Notes under the pieces: model-generated
Database searches by the model: none
Told to the model about the DNA's origin: nothing
What the model saw: the letters and a program-made list of their open reading frames with translations, nothing else
Translations under genes and position numbers: made by a program
Source: Pelomyxa schiedti
Lineage: Eukaryota > Protista > Evosea
NCBI GenBank assembly: GCA_020536535.1
Contig: JAHLWZ010000475.1
Location: 1 to 64,000, forward strand
Reading direction: 5' to 3'
Length of the DNA: 64,000 nucleotides
In this document: positions 1 to 11,231 of the stretch, piece by piece
Numbering within the stretch: position 1 is the stretch's first letter
Layout of the letters: every line of letters starts with the position of its first letter

Positions 1-523
1 TCAAGCTCCCTGCACGTGCGGCCCTTCAGCTCCTGGATCTGGCACTCCACAAACACCTCCTCCTGGCTTCTCTGCTCTGCGGAGGATGTCGTAGTGGTTG
101 TGGAACTCACTGTACTAGTAGTAGCAGCAGCAGCAGCAGTCGTAGTTGACGTTGAAAAAGCGGCAGTGGTGGAACGTGATGTCGACGATGAAGAAGCAGA
201 ACAAGAAGCTGGGGTTGCAGTGGGAGTCGAGGAAGAGCGGGATGTCGATGTCGATGTTGGTGAGGACGATGGCAAAGACGGTGCCGGTGGTGTTGTCGAT
301 GGCGGCGGCGGCTGGTTGTTGAGGTGGCTGGCCAGCTCTGGGAGGAACAGGTGGGTGCCGACGAACGCGGCGGCGAGGCGCGCGGAGGGCCGCGTGGCGG
401 GGCTCCTGTCGAACACGCGGGCCAGGAGCTGGTGCAGGCAGGGGCAGTCGCGGCCGAGCTCGGGCGGGATCGATATCGGCTTGGAGGTGATGGCGGCCTC
501 GCTGGTGAACGCGCTGGTCCCGA
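1..523 (-). other. Gap-bounded variant copy of the 3' part of the LRR-kinase gene (alternative haplotype or paralog fragment)
   Basis: Near-identical to 4979-5480 and begins at the same TCAAGCTCCC. It differs by several SNPs and in-frame indels in the Ser/Thr/Pro low-complexity tract and ends at an N gap. Confidence 0.8.
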
Positions 524-745
524 ANNNNNNNNNNNNNNNNNNNNNNNNNNNNNNNNNNNNNNNNNNNNNNNNNNNNNNNNNNNNNNNNNNNNNNNNNNNN
601 NNNNNNNNNNNNNNNNNNNNNNNNCCCTATCCCTTAGAATAGACTCCGCCTTTCATCTGAACGCACACTCTAACTTGCTCCAGAGCACATAGACAGGCAA
701 AAATAACTAGGCTTTATTTAAATCCTCAGGTTGTTGGTAACATTT

Positions 746-3700
746 CTACCCCTTGAGAACCAATTTCTGCAGTTGCACAACGAATTCGCCATAGGGTAGG
801 CTGTTGTGGTTCCTGTCACCAACCAAGAAGCTGTGGAATAGCCTCCTGTCCTGGTCATCTGTTTCGCGGCATATGTAGAGCCACTGGGGCCACGAGTGGG
901 AGTGTTGTATGTAGGTAATAATAGACCGCACCCGTTGGCTGTAGGGATTGTCTAGCTCAGGTAGTGAGCCCTGTGGTTGTGCATCAAGTGAGATTGACAG
1001 TTATTGTTGAGTGTATGAGATGCGGGAGCGGCGAGAAATGCGGGTGTTCTTGGGAAATGAGGAAGGGAGAAAAGAGGGAGAAGGGTGTGTTAAAGGGTGC
1101 CGTACGATTGTGAAGTCAACTTCTGTCATTGAGCTCACTCCGAACAGCATTTCTATTACTGATGAGGGTGTGGCGCGGCCGAACCATATTAGGAGCCCCA
1201 TCACTGTGTCCAGGAGCATAACACCTCGCGGCTGTAGTGACTCGCAGGATAATGCAAGCGGAGGTGGCAATGTAACAAGCCCATCGTCGAGTGCAAGTCC
1301 GACCTTGTGGAGTTTCAGGATTTGGATTTACAAAAAAAAAAGTACATACGTCAGGGGGAATGTTTGTTATGCTGTATAGTCTTGGGTGTATACAAATGCC
1401 GGATTCTTCTACAGGCATTGTACGCAGGGCCATCAGATTGTAAATTCGTTCGTCAGGTCTATGACGTGAGTTAGGAGAAAAAGAAAGGTATTGTAAATTG
1501 ATTCAAATTAAAGGGATCTGCCCAAATTCATCATTAGTACTATTTTACAAATTAATCTTGCACACACTTGATCTCTCCACCCCTAAATACAATGTTCTTG
1601 ACCAAAGCTAGAATATATAGGGGAAGATTATTCAGTGTATCTGGTATCATCAGCTGTAGGGGTGGTGCTTCAGATGGTGAAAGTGTGGCGCGATATGAGA
1701 CAAGGATGTCAATTAATTTTCTCACAATTGCCTCCCGTGTGTCATTCAATTTAGTTGTGGCCGTTTTTTCAAGTGCTTTGTGGCTGTCAACAAGAAAAAA
1801 AAGAGGACAATTCTGTCGTGTACCAATTTTAGCAATCATATTAACCAAGGCTTCTGTGTCAATATACTTAAAAATCTGTTGTGGTTGATCAACAACAGGC
1901 AGACACAGTGTTGAAACACGTATTCGTCTCTCGCCATTCGTTGTTGTATATCTAAGGGGGTGAATAGGAATTTAAAGAAGAGGATTCACCCACAGAAGAG
2001 CGTATTGAAGATAAGAAAATTGCATGTTGACAGGTTCTGACACTGAAAGTTGAAAAGCGATGGCCTTACAGTCATCAATGGCTGGAAGTGCCAAAAGATC
2101 ATTGCTGCGAATAAAGAAGTTACCAAAGTATCCAGAAACGGTTAGTCCTGTGGCTTTTAAGTGCAACAAAAGGTGTGGAGGGTTGCTACCTCTACTGCAA
2201 CGCAACCGCATAACAGCTTCCAAGGCGGTATGCCTTTGAAGGTTGTGCAAGAGATCACCACTCAATTTATGCGAGGAAAACTTGGCTGAGAATTGGGGAT
2301 AACAATACACTTGACCTCCTGTTATTTTGGGTAGTGTACCTATAGAAAGAGTTATTCGATGCACAGTGGGTGCATTCAACCTATGGTAGCAAGGTCACTA
2401 TATTGCGCAGTGGAAAAAAGATCCAGAGAAACTTGGTGCCTGGAACATTCCAATGCCAAGTCTTTGTAAAAGTCCACACCAGAAGCTGGGGTGGGCACGT
2501 CATTTCCAGTGTTGGACGATTCTCTCGATTTGAGTTTGCCTTCTCCATGAGAGGGCAAACCACTGATAAATGCAAGAACTTTGCCACCAACTGCTTTCTA
2601 AGACTGGTTCAGTTTAGGCTATTATCAGGGAGGAGTACATACAATCACGTTAAAAGCAGATAAAACGGCAGGCCCAAACGCGCATCCCACTTGTTTGCTG
2701 CTTGTAAACATCCGAGGAAGCTTTTCCAGCAATTGTTTAACGCATACTGCGTGCTCACTCAAGTTTACAAGCAGTTCGTCAGGGAGTGGGGGTGTAATAG
2801 TCTCAATGTCTGGTACAACAAGCATCTGAGGTTGTGAAAGGGATGCCTGATTTCACAATAAATACGGAGAATAAAAACTGTGGGAAAGGGAACAAATAAA
2901 TACCTTGAGGTTATAAAAGTGCACTGTATTATTAAATGTAATGAACCCTATTTGTGTTCGTACATTTCCGCGGTAGTCTTTGAGACATTACTCCATAAAA
3001 GTAAAAAAAAAGTGGAATACACACTATCAACAAAAGTAGATATAGTTTTTACACAGGTAGCAAACATTCCTGAGGATATCGACGCATACGAGGCATCGAT
3101 TACAAAGAAGAACACTGGGGGTTGAGGGGGCCGAACCATGTACTCTGCAGGAGCAAGAATTTCATAACAACCCTAATGTGGTTTTAAGAAGAAGATTTTT
3201 GGGAGGAAAGGGAGTGCCCACAGTGCTCAATTCAGGTCTCTCTTTGGCGTCTTTTCTAATTCCAAGAGAAGGAATAATAGGGCAATAATATTCGCTGAAG
3301 ACTTTGTTGATGCAGTTTTGTTTTAGATAAAGTCACGGGCGTGATGTGATTGATACACACCATCATTTGTGAAATCACACAAGTTGCACTTCCATCTGTG
3401 GCCATGGTCAAGCCAAGTGACAAATGGATTAATGTAAGCTCTGCATATTCTACAGCGCACAACACGGCCGGCTCCAAAGTTCACAACAGGTACCTGTTAA
3501 TGCACACAAATGAACAACGCAACCACAACCAAAAGAAAAACGTAGCGTTTGTATTTGAGGAACAAACAAGAACTGGCAACTAACCTCTTCATTGGGCACC
3601 AAAGGGTGAATTATGCAACCAAGGGGAATCACAGAGGCAAGCTGTGGTGTGTTTGGAATGGCATTGATGCTCATCCTCATGTACTTCCCAGGGCAGTTCA

Positions 3701-4166
3701 TTTCAGCAACAGACATTGGCTGCAGTTGCATTTGCTGCTGCTGACGTGTCTCCTGCAGTTGCTGCTGACTATTTTGGGGAGCTGACGACCCAGACTGAGA
3801 CTCTGGGATCTGCTGTTGGCGTGGATGTTGTTGTTGTTGCTGCTGAGGAAAGTCGCTGCCGCCATCTTCCACGGTGTCGCGTTGGTCCAATTGGGGCAAT
3901 TGCGGGGGTTCCAATTGGGCCAGTGTAGTAGGAGCCCCCAGTGTCGCTGGGCGCGACTGAACGGGGATCTGTTGTGAAGCCTGAGGGCCGACGGGCAGGG
4001 GAGTGGTGTTTGTTGTTGGCGAAGAGGGGGCGTTGGTGAGAACGGGGGTGGCTCCCATAAGTGCGTTGTTGTGGGTGCTGGGAAACAGCAACGGGGAGGT
4101 GCCTTGCTGTGGAGCCTGGGAAGACGACCCTGTCCACGCTTCCTTGGGGTAGCGACGTGCTGACAT
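746..4166 (-). CDS. SEC24: COPII coat subunit Sec24 (multi-exon)
   Basis: Gln/Pro-rich N-terminus, then [19 protein letters not shown], a zinc finger ([17 protein letters not shown]), [73 protein letters not shown] and gelsolin-like C-terminus [12 protein letters not shown]. Confidence 0.93.
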
Positions 4167-4627
4167 GAAACTGGTGTTAGGCAGTGACCTTTGAATAATA
4201 TTTTTTTTTCCTCTCTTGGCCATTTCTTCGTTGTGTCACCTGCTCAGTCCAGAGGATCTAGACCGGAATTGATCACATCAAGACCCACAATTACTTCCTG
4301 TTGAGTGGTGGTGCTTATTAAGCAGAGAGGAGGGGAGAGTTTTTCTGCAGTAGAAAGGAGTGGCTCTGTGACGGGAAACCCGAAGCTAAGGGAACAGATC
4401 CGTCACCTTCAGTGATCCTGTCACTGGGAACACTCCCTATGTATGCTGAATACCTTTTTTTGTAAGTGGGGAAACTGTGCTCCAATTCTCGTTGAGAGTG
4501 GCTCCTTGTGGCTAGATTGCCACCCACACTTGTGCACTCTTCACAAAACAAAATTGTTCAGATCGAGAAAACTGTGTTGGTGTCATAGAAACAGTGATTT
4601 ATTTGAAATTCAACGATGCCCAACACA

Positions 4628-7600
4628 TCAGGCACGTGAGAATTCGCGATGGGCTTGGAGGATCAGGGAGGGCGTTGCTACTTCTCTGAGGAATGCCATC
4701 TGAAGGAACAGCCTCACAGGACACGAGACCTCGTGCTGCCCATCGCCCACGAGTGCATCAAGCTCCCTGCACGTGCGGCCCTTCAGCTCCTGGATCTGGC
4801 ACTCCACAAACACCTCCTCCTGGCTTCTCTGCTCTGCGGAGGATGTCGTAGTGGTTGTGGAACTCACTGTACTAGTAGNNNNNNNNNNNNNNNNNNNNNN
4901 NNNNNNNNNNNNNNNNNNNNNNNNNNNNNNNNNNNNNNNNNNNNNNNNNNNNNNNNNNNNNNNNNNNNNNNNNNNNNNTCAAGCTCCCTGCACGTGCGGC
5001 CCTTCAGCTCCTGGATCTGGCACTCCACAAACACCTCCTCCTGGCTTCTCTGCTCTGCGGAGGATGTCGTAGTGGTTGTGGAACTCACTGTACTAGTAGC
5101 AGCAGCAGCAGCAGTCGTAGTTGACGTTGAAAAAGCGGCAGCGGTGGAACGTGATGTCGACGACGAAGAAGCAGAACAAGAAGCTGGGGTTGCAGTGGGA
5201 GTCGAGGAAGAGCGGGATGTCGATGTCGATGTCGATGTTGGTGAGGATGATGGCAAAGACGGTGGTGGTTGGTTGTTGAGGTGGCTGGCCAGCCCTGGAA
5301 GGAACAGGTGGGTGCCGACGAACGCGGCGGCGAGGCGCGCGGAGGGCCGCGTGGCGGGGTTCCTGTCGAACACGCGGGCCAGGAGCTGGTGCAGGCAGGG
5401 GCAGTCGCGGCCGAGCTCGGGCGGGATCGATATCGGCTTGGAGGTGATGGCGGCCTCGCTGGTGAACGCGCTGGTCCCGAAGCACATCTGCCACACCACG
5501 CACCCGATGGCCCACAAGTCTGTCTTGGAGACGTCATATGTGCTTGACCTGTGCGGTGTCAATGGGAAAAAAAAAATACTAGCTATTTGGGTTGGGATTG
5601 TGGTGTTGGTTTGATTGGTTGGTTGGGGGAACTGGGAACCGCCAATGCGTTGAGGGAAAAGGGAGGGAGACAAACCTTGGTGTCAATGCCACTGGCCTCA
5701 GTGATTCGGGAGCCCGGTTGATCAAGTTTCCTCCTGGCGCCTCGTTTGGGCCAAGCTGAAGCATCCCAGGCGCAATTCCGCCAGAACCTGAAGGGTTGAT
5801 GTTCACTGATGTCCCAAAGTCACAGAGCACAGTGAACTGGCCGGTGAACCCTGATCTCTCGAGGAGGAGGATGTTGTCAGACTTGATGTCCAAGTGGAAC
5901 AATCCCCGCTTGTTGTTGAGGTGGTCAACAGTTGCGAGAAGCTGGAAAGTGCTCTCCAGGGTCTGGTCCCTTCCAAGAGGAAGGACCACGGTGGGGGCGG
6001 CTCTGGATGGTGACGCGTGGTTGGCTGCACGGCTGGTTGTGTGATGGCGGGGCTGCTGCTGTGGTCTAACTGTCACGACTGTTGTTTGAACGTGCTTCTC
6101 GAGGGTTGTTGATCCAAGCTCCTGTGTGATGAACGTTGTTCTGTCATAAATTGACACGCGATCTTGGTCGTCAGCGCCCCTGTTCAATGGATTTCCAGTC
6201 TCAGAGGAAACCAAGTACATCTTTCTGTCTCTGGGAATCAAGACTTCCTGTTGCAGGCACGTGAGATGGCTGCAGTTTGCTGGGGGGTTTACCTGCGTGT
6301 AACTTCGGAAAAAGCTCAGGATGTTTGCGACTCCCCAGTGGGTGTTTTGTATGAGCGAGATATACTCTCTGTCAAACCGGTTTCTCTGGTGCTCTGTGGT
6401 TCCAATTCCACCAGGCTGAACCACTAAGTTGAACATCATCTTCAGTGCCACACCTTGCTCCATTATCTTCCTTGGGATGTGCCAATCGCTTGTTGGTTTC
6501 AGCATCACTTTACTTGTGGTCCCATTGCACCCGACTCCAATGATCTTTTCGTTGTCAGAGACGAGTAATAGCACAAAAAAAAACTGCAGGAAAAACCTGG
6601 GCAGACATAATGTCCAAGTCACCGATCTCAATTGCTCTCGTGCAGCTGAAATCAACGCATGAGGAGAACCTCTCCCAAAACTGTGTGAAATGTGGACAAA
6701 CATTCAATTTTTAGATGAAACTTACCAACAATAATTTAATGTCATCACGCTGAACTTGAGTTTCCTACCCCAACACTCAGGCGTCAGAAAACAAAAACAA
6801 GGTGACAAGGTGAACTTCTACCTGCAAAAATGCCGATTTTACTGTTTTAATCAAAGTTGAGATGTGGTCCAAGCGGCACAACGAACTGCAGTCATGGCCT
6901 TCTGCTATGGCGTTTCTTGTCCCAAGCCTATTCCTGGGTCTGACACAACTGCTGTTTTGTGTGTCTTCACACATTTCTGTTGTCGTAGATATCGGGTCTG
7001 ATGTTTTTCGCAAGGAATTGTTGGTTGTATGTGGGAATGGTGATACAGTCTGCAATTGCTGAGGGAACTCTTGATGCAACATGGAAGAAACAACTGAGAT
7101 TATTTCAGACACTGAAGAATTCGAAAATGTGGGTCCCTGAGTTGGCAGACAGAAATGATGATTGAAATATCTTTTCCCTGGGTTGATTGGTCAATCCCCA
7201 TAAAAGAAGTCTCACCCTTCCCCCATAATGGTATACCATTGGCGATTGCAACGGGACTTGGCACTGAGCCTATTCGATATTTTCGTTAGGTACGGCTTAG
7301 AGAAAGTGTGGATTTAACATGGGATGCAATTCTTTGAATCAAGGAGTTCAATGGTACTGTCAAACAAGTTAGGATTTGGCGGAAGAGGCTTATGTGCTGT
7401 TGGTATAAGATAAATGTGAAAGCCGCATTGGATGGGAAAGTATGCAACGGTGTCCACAATAACAGATGAAAGGTCCGATGGACCCTCTACAAGCAGTAAA
7501 GCTCCCACAACCGGATTGATGAGCCAAGTGAACCAAACAAAGTGATTGCCTGATGATGTAAAAGAAGAGTGCAACAATGAATAAGAGTAAAAAAGAAGTG

Positions 7601-9254
7601 GGCAAAAAAGAAAGCTTACTCCCACATCTCTGACTCAGGCGGTTCTTGTTTAGGGAGTCGGTAATTTTCGATGCACCCTCATCACCAATGCTGTTGCCTT
7701 GTTGTCGTTTTGAGGATTTTGTTTTTGTTGGTGAGTTGAACAGAAGTGTGTGTGAAGAGGGTATTTATTTGTCACATACCTCCAAGATACAGACTCACGA
7801 GTGACTTGTTTGACACAAGTGATTCGGCAATTTTCGATGCACCCTCAGCACCAATTCTGTTCCCTTGTTGTCGTTTTGAGGATTTTGTTTTTGTTGGTGA
7901 GAGAGGGTATTTATTTGTCGCACACTTCCAAGATACAGACTCACGAGTGACTTGTTTGACACAAGTGATTCAGCAATTTTCGATGCACCCTCATCACCAA
8001 TTCTGTTCCCTTGTTGTCGTTTTGAGGATTTTGTTTTTGTTGGTGAGAGAGGGTATTTATTTGTCACACACTTCCAAGATACAGACTCACGAGTGACTTG
8101 TTTGACACAAGTGATTCGGCAATTTTCGATGCACCCTCATCACCAATGCTGTTGCCTTGTTGTCGTTTTGAGGATTTTGTTTTTGTTGGTGAGAGAGGGT
8201 ATTTATTTATCACACACATCCAAGATACAGACTCACGAGTGACTTGTTTGACACAAGTGATTCGGCAATTTTCGATGCACCCTCATCACCAATGCTGTTC
8301 CCTTGTTGTCATTTTGAGGATTTTGTTTTTGTTGGTGAGAGAGGGTATTTATTTGTCACACACATCCAAGATACAGACTCACGAGTGACTTGTTTGACAC
8401 AAGTGATTCGGCAATTTTCGATGCACCCTCAGCACCAATGCTGTTGCCTTGTTGTTGTTTTGAGGATTTTGTTTTTGTTGGTGAGAGAGGGTATTTATTT
8501 GTCACATACCTCCAAGATACAGACTCACGAGTGACTTGTTTGACACAAGTGATTCGGCAATTTTCGATGCACCCTCATCACCAATGCTGTTCCCTTGTTG
8601 TCGTTTTGAGGATTTTGTTTTTGTTGGTGAGAGAGGGTATTTATTTGTCACATACCTCCAAGATACAGACTCACGAGTGACTTGTTTGACACAAGTGATT
8701 CGGCAATTTTCGATGCACCCTCATCACCAATGCTGTTCCCTTGTTGTCATTTTGAGGATTTTGTTTTTGTTGGTGAGAGAGGGTATTTATTTGTCACACA
8801 CATCCAAGATCCAGACTCACGAGTGACTTGTTTGACACAAGTGATTCGGCAATTTTCGATGCACCCTCAGCACCAATGCTGTTCCCTTGTTGTTGTTTTG
8901 AGGATTTTGTTTTTGTTGGTGAGAGAGGGTATTTATTTGTCACACACTTTCAAGATACAGACTCACGAGTGACTTGTTTGACACAAGTGATTCGGCAATT
9001 TTCGATGCACCCTCATCACCAATGCTGTTGCCTTGTTGTTGTTTTGAGGATTTTGTTTTTGTTGGTGAGTTGAACAAGTGTGCCGTGTTTATGTGTGAAG
9101 AGGGTATTCGTGAGCAAATGGGGCGTGTCGACACACCTCTCAGCACCAGATTGGCACAAACACACTGAGGGTGTTGCAGAGCACTACAAAGACACGGTAG
9201 TGGTATATGGTCGCTGGTATCTATGACCGTTTTGAGGTGCAGGTCAGAGCTCAT
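4628..9254 (-). CDS. RI-type LRR protein fused to a C-terminal PINK1-like Ser/Thr kinase (multi-exon; 3' end crosses an assembly gap)
   Basis: ATG at 9254, nine 84-nt LRR exons plus a tenth degenerate one (7697-7620), spliced in phase 1 into 7549 and onward. Kinase motifs: IGVGCNG, VALKMMFN, HLDIKSDNILL, CDFG, GGNLINRAPE, KTDLWAIGC, RPSA. Linker exons 6700-7320 were only partly traced. Confidence 0.75.
7665..9070 (-). repeat. 146-bp tandem repeat, about 9.5 copies; each unit is an 84-nt LRR exon plus a 62-nt GT-AG intron
   Basis: Exons at 9031-8948, 8885-8802, 8739-8656, 8593-8510, 8447-8364, 8301-8218, 8155-8072, 8009-7926 and 7863-7780. Each encodes xN(S/R)IG(D/A)EGASKIAESLVSNKSLVSL(Y/D)L(G/E). 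Confidence 0.95.
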
Positions 9255-11231
9255 AGTGGGTGCCGACAAAAAACCGGGCCCCCCTCACTGTAATTAATTC
9301 CTCTTTACAAAAAATTGTTTTGGACACCCTGGTGGCTGCCGCACCCCATCTCACTCATTCTTGTTGGTCGCCGGCAGGCCAACGGAGGCACCAAAAACTC
9401 GCCACTCACACATGGTGCACCTTGCTTTCTTGAGAAAAGTTTCAGGATACTGGCATTTGAGTCCAGGACTGTGATCACTCCGCCTTTTTGGGTAGGTCTG
9501 TGACGCTAATCCGGCAACTTGGTTTTTGGTTGGTGTTGTGTACCGTGGAGAACTACTAGATACGTCACGCGTCACAGTTCAATGCAAGGTTGGCGTTCGT
9601 ACGGACAGAGGGAAAAAAAAGTGCAACAACATCACCCACACACCAGACAAGCACCATCCGCATTGGGCAACCATCTGATGAGGACTCCTCCTTATGTGAG
9701 TCCGATAATCGTATCCACCAACAGTGAAGGTAACCACACTTTTATCAGAGAGCAAGTTCCGAGAAGCAGCGAGATCATAGTTCAGGTTAACCAAAGAGCC
9801 AGAAATTCAACAACCTGTTGCACCTTCCAAGGCACACTAAGTTGAGTTCCTCAATTTTGTGTCTGTTGAGCTTTTGTGATAGGCCCAAGTCATGGTATCT
9901 ATCATTCACGTGAATTTCCGGGAAAACAATCAGTTGCTCAAACAGGTATTACTTATTTTAATTTAAAAAAACCCCTCTTCATTTCGTTTTTTCCCCTTTG
10001 TGTTGGTTTTTCTTCCACAGCCTTAGTGACAATGGAAACGAGGTGGGAGTGGTTATCAAACCTTTTTTTTTTTAAAAAAAAAAACCTCTTATTTGTGTTT
10101 TGTTTTGTCTTTGTCTTGTTTAATTTGATTAATTTTTTTTATTTTGTTTTTAGTCTTGTTTTAAACTTACTGTTGTATTCCATTTCCTCATGGTACCTAG
10201 GGCTGATTCCATGCCACACTCCATCAGACTCCAACAGACCAAGCCAAACCTACAGGTATCTTCTCTGTTTCTTTTTTGAGTTCTCACACTTTCTAACCAA
10301 GTAGTGTTACAACTTGTCAGCTGCAGAGATGACAGGCTGTCATCATCACAGTAAATCCCTCTCCTTTGTATTGTCACCCCACTCAACCATGATACATAGG
10401 TACCCAGACCCAGGCCCCAATGTGGCACACCCCATCCCCTTTCTGCATTTCCAACAGTGACACTGGTATGTGTCTTCTTTTTTTTTTTTTCCCCTGCACC
10501 TCATATATGTTATTCAGATGGTGGACCTGCTTGACAATCTATCACTAGGGTACACTCCCTTTCCCTTTTATTACCACCATTCAACAACAACAGGGACAAT
10601 GGATGCCACTGACTTGGAATTTGGTTTGTACCCTTCCCATAGCCTTCCCTGGTCCCACTAAGCTGCTGGCCAGACACCCGGAATGATGATGGAGAGCACA
10701 GCACTGATTCCAAAGCAGAGACCCGGAATGATGGAGCCCAGCCATGACAAACAGCGCTACTTTGAGTTTGGGTATGATTGTTCTTCTACCTTCTAACTGC
10801 CAACGAAATTGTTCAGGTGGAAACATGTGGATGGCAACAGCAAGGCGTACTGCAGCCAGCCCCTTGCTCCTGTATCCTTCCATGTGCTCCCAGGACCCCT
10901 GGCTCTGGCTACACATGCTGCCCCAGCAGCCCACTACACCTTACACCCACGCCTAAGGGAACAAAAAAAAAAGGAATAAAAAAAAGCTAGCACAGATTGG
11001 CAGAACCCGAACTGGGGCCACTGTGTACACAAATTGGGCCCCACTCTGGGCTCCCACCTCCCAAACTGGGGCCAGTTTGACTTCAGGGTGATATCACACG
11101 TAACCAATGGGAATGAGAGTGTTAATACTTCCGAAAAGAACCAGTGCATCTTTGCTACAGAAGACTGATGCTGTGTCCCACTCTCAGAGGTCGAACGTCA
11201 AAAGGGAGAAGAAAATGGTTTTCGAAGCTAT

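Noticed and set aside
4759-5098. Tandem duplication within the kinase tail
   Set aside because: Identical sequence either side of a 100-N gap is most simply an unmerged contig overlap.
7665-9070. CRISPR array or non-coding satellite; plus-strand 96-aa repeated ORFs
   Set aside because: There are no unique spacers. The units resolve into minus-strand LRR exons with GT-AG introns, and the plus-strand ORFs are antisense shadows.
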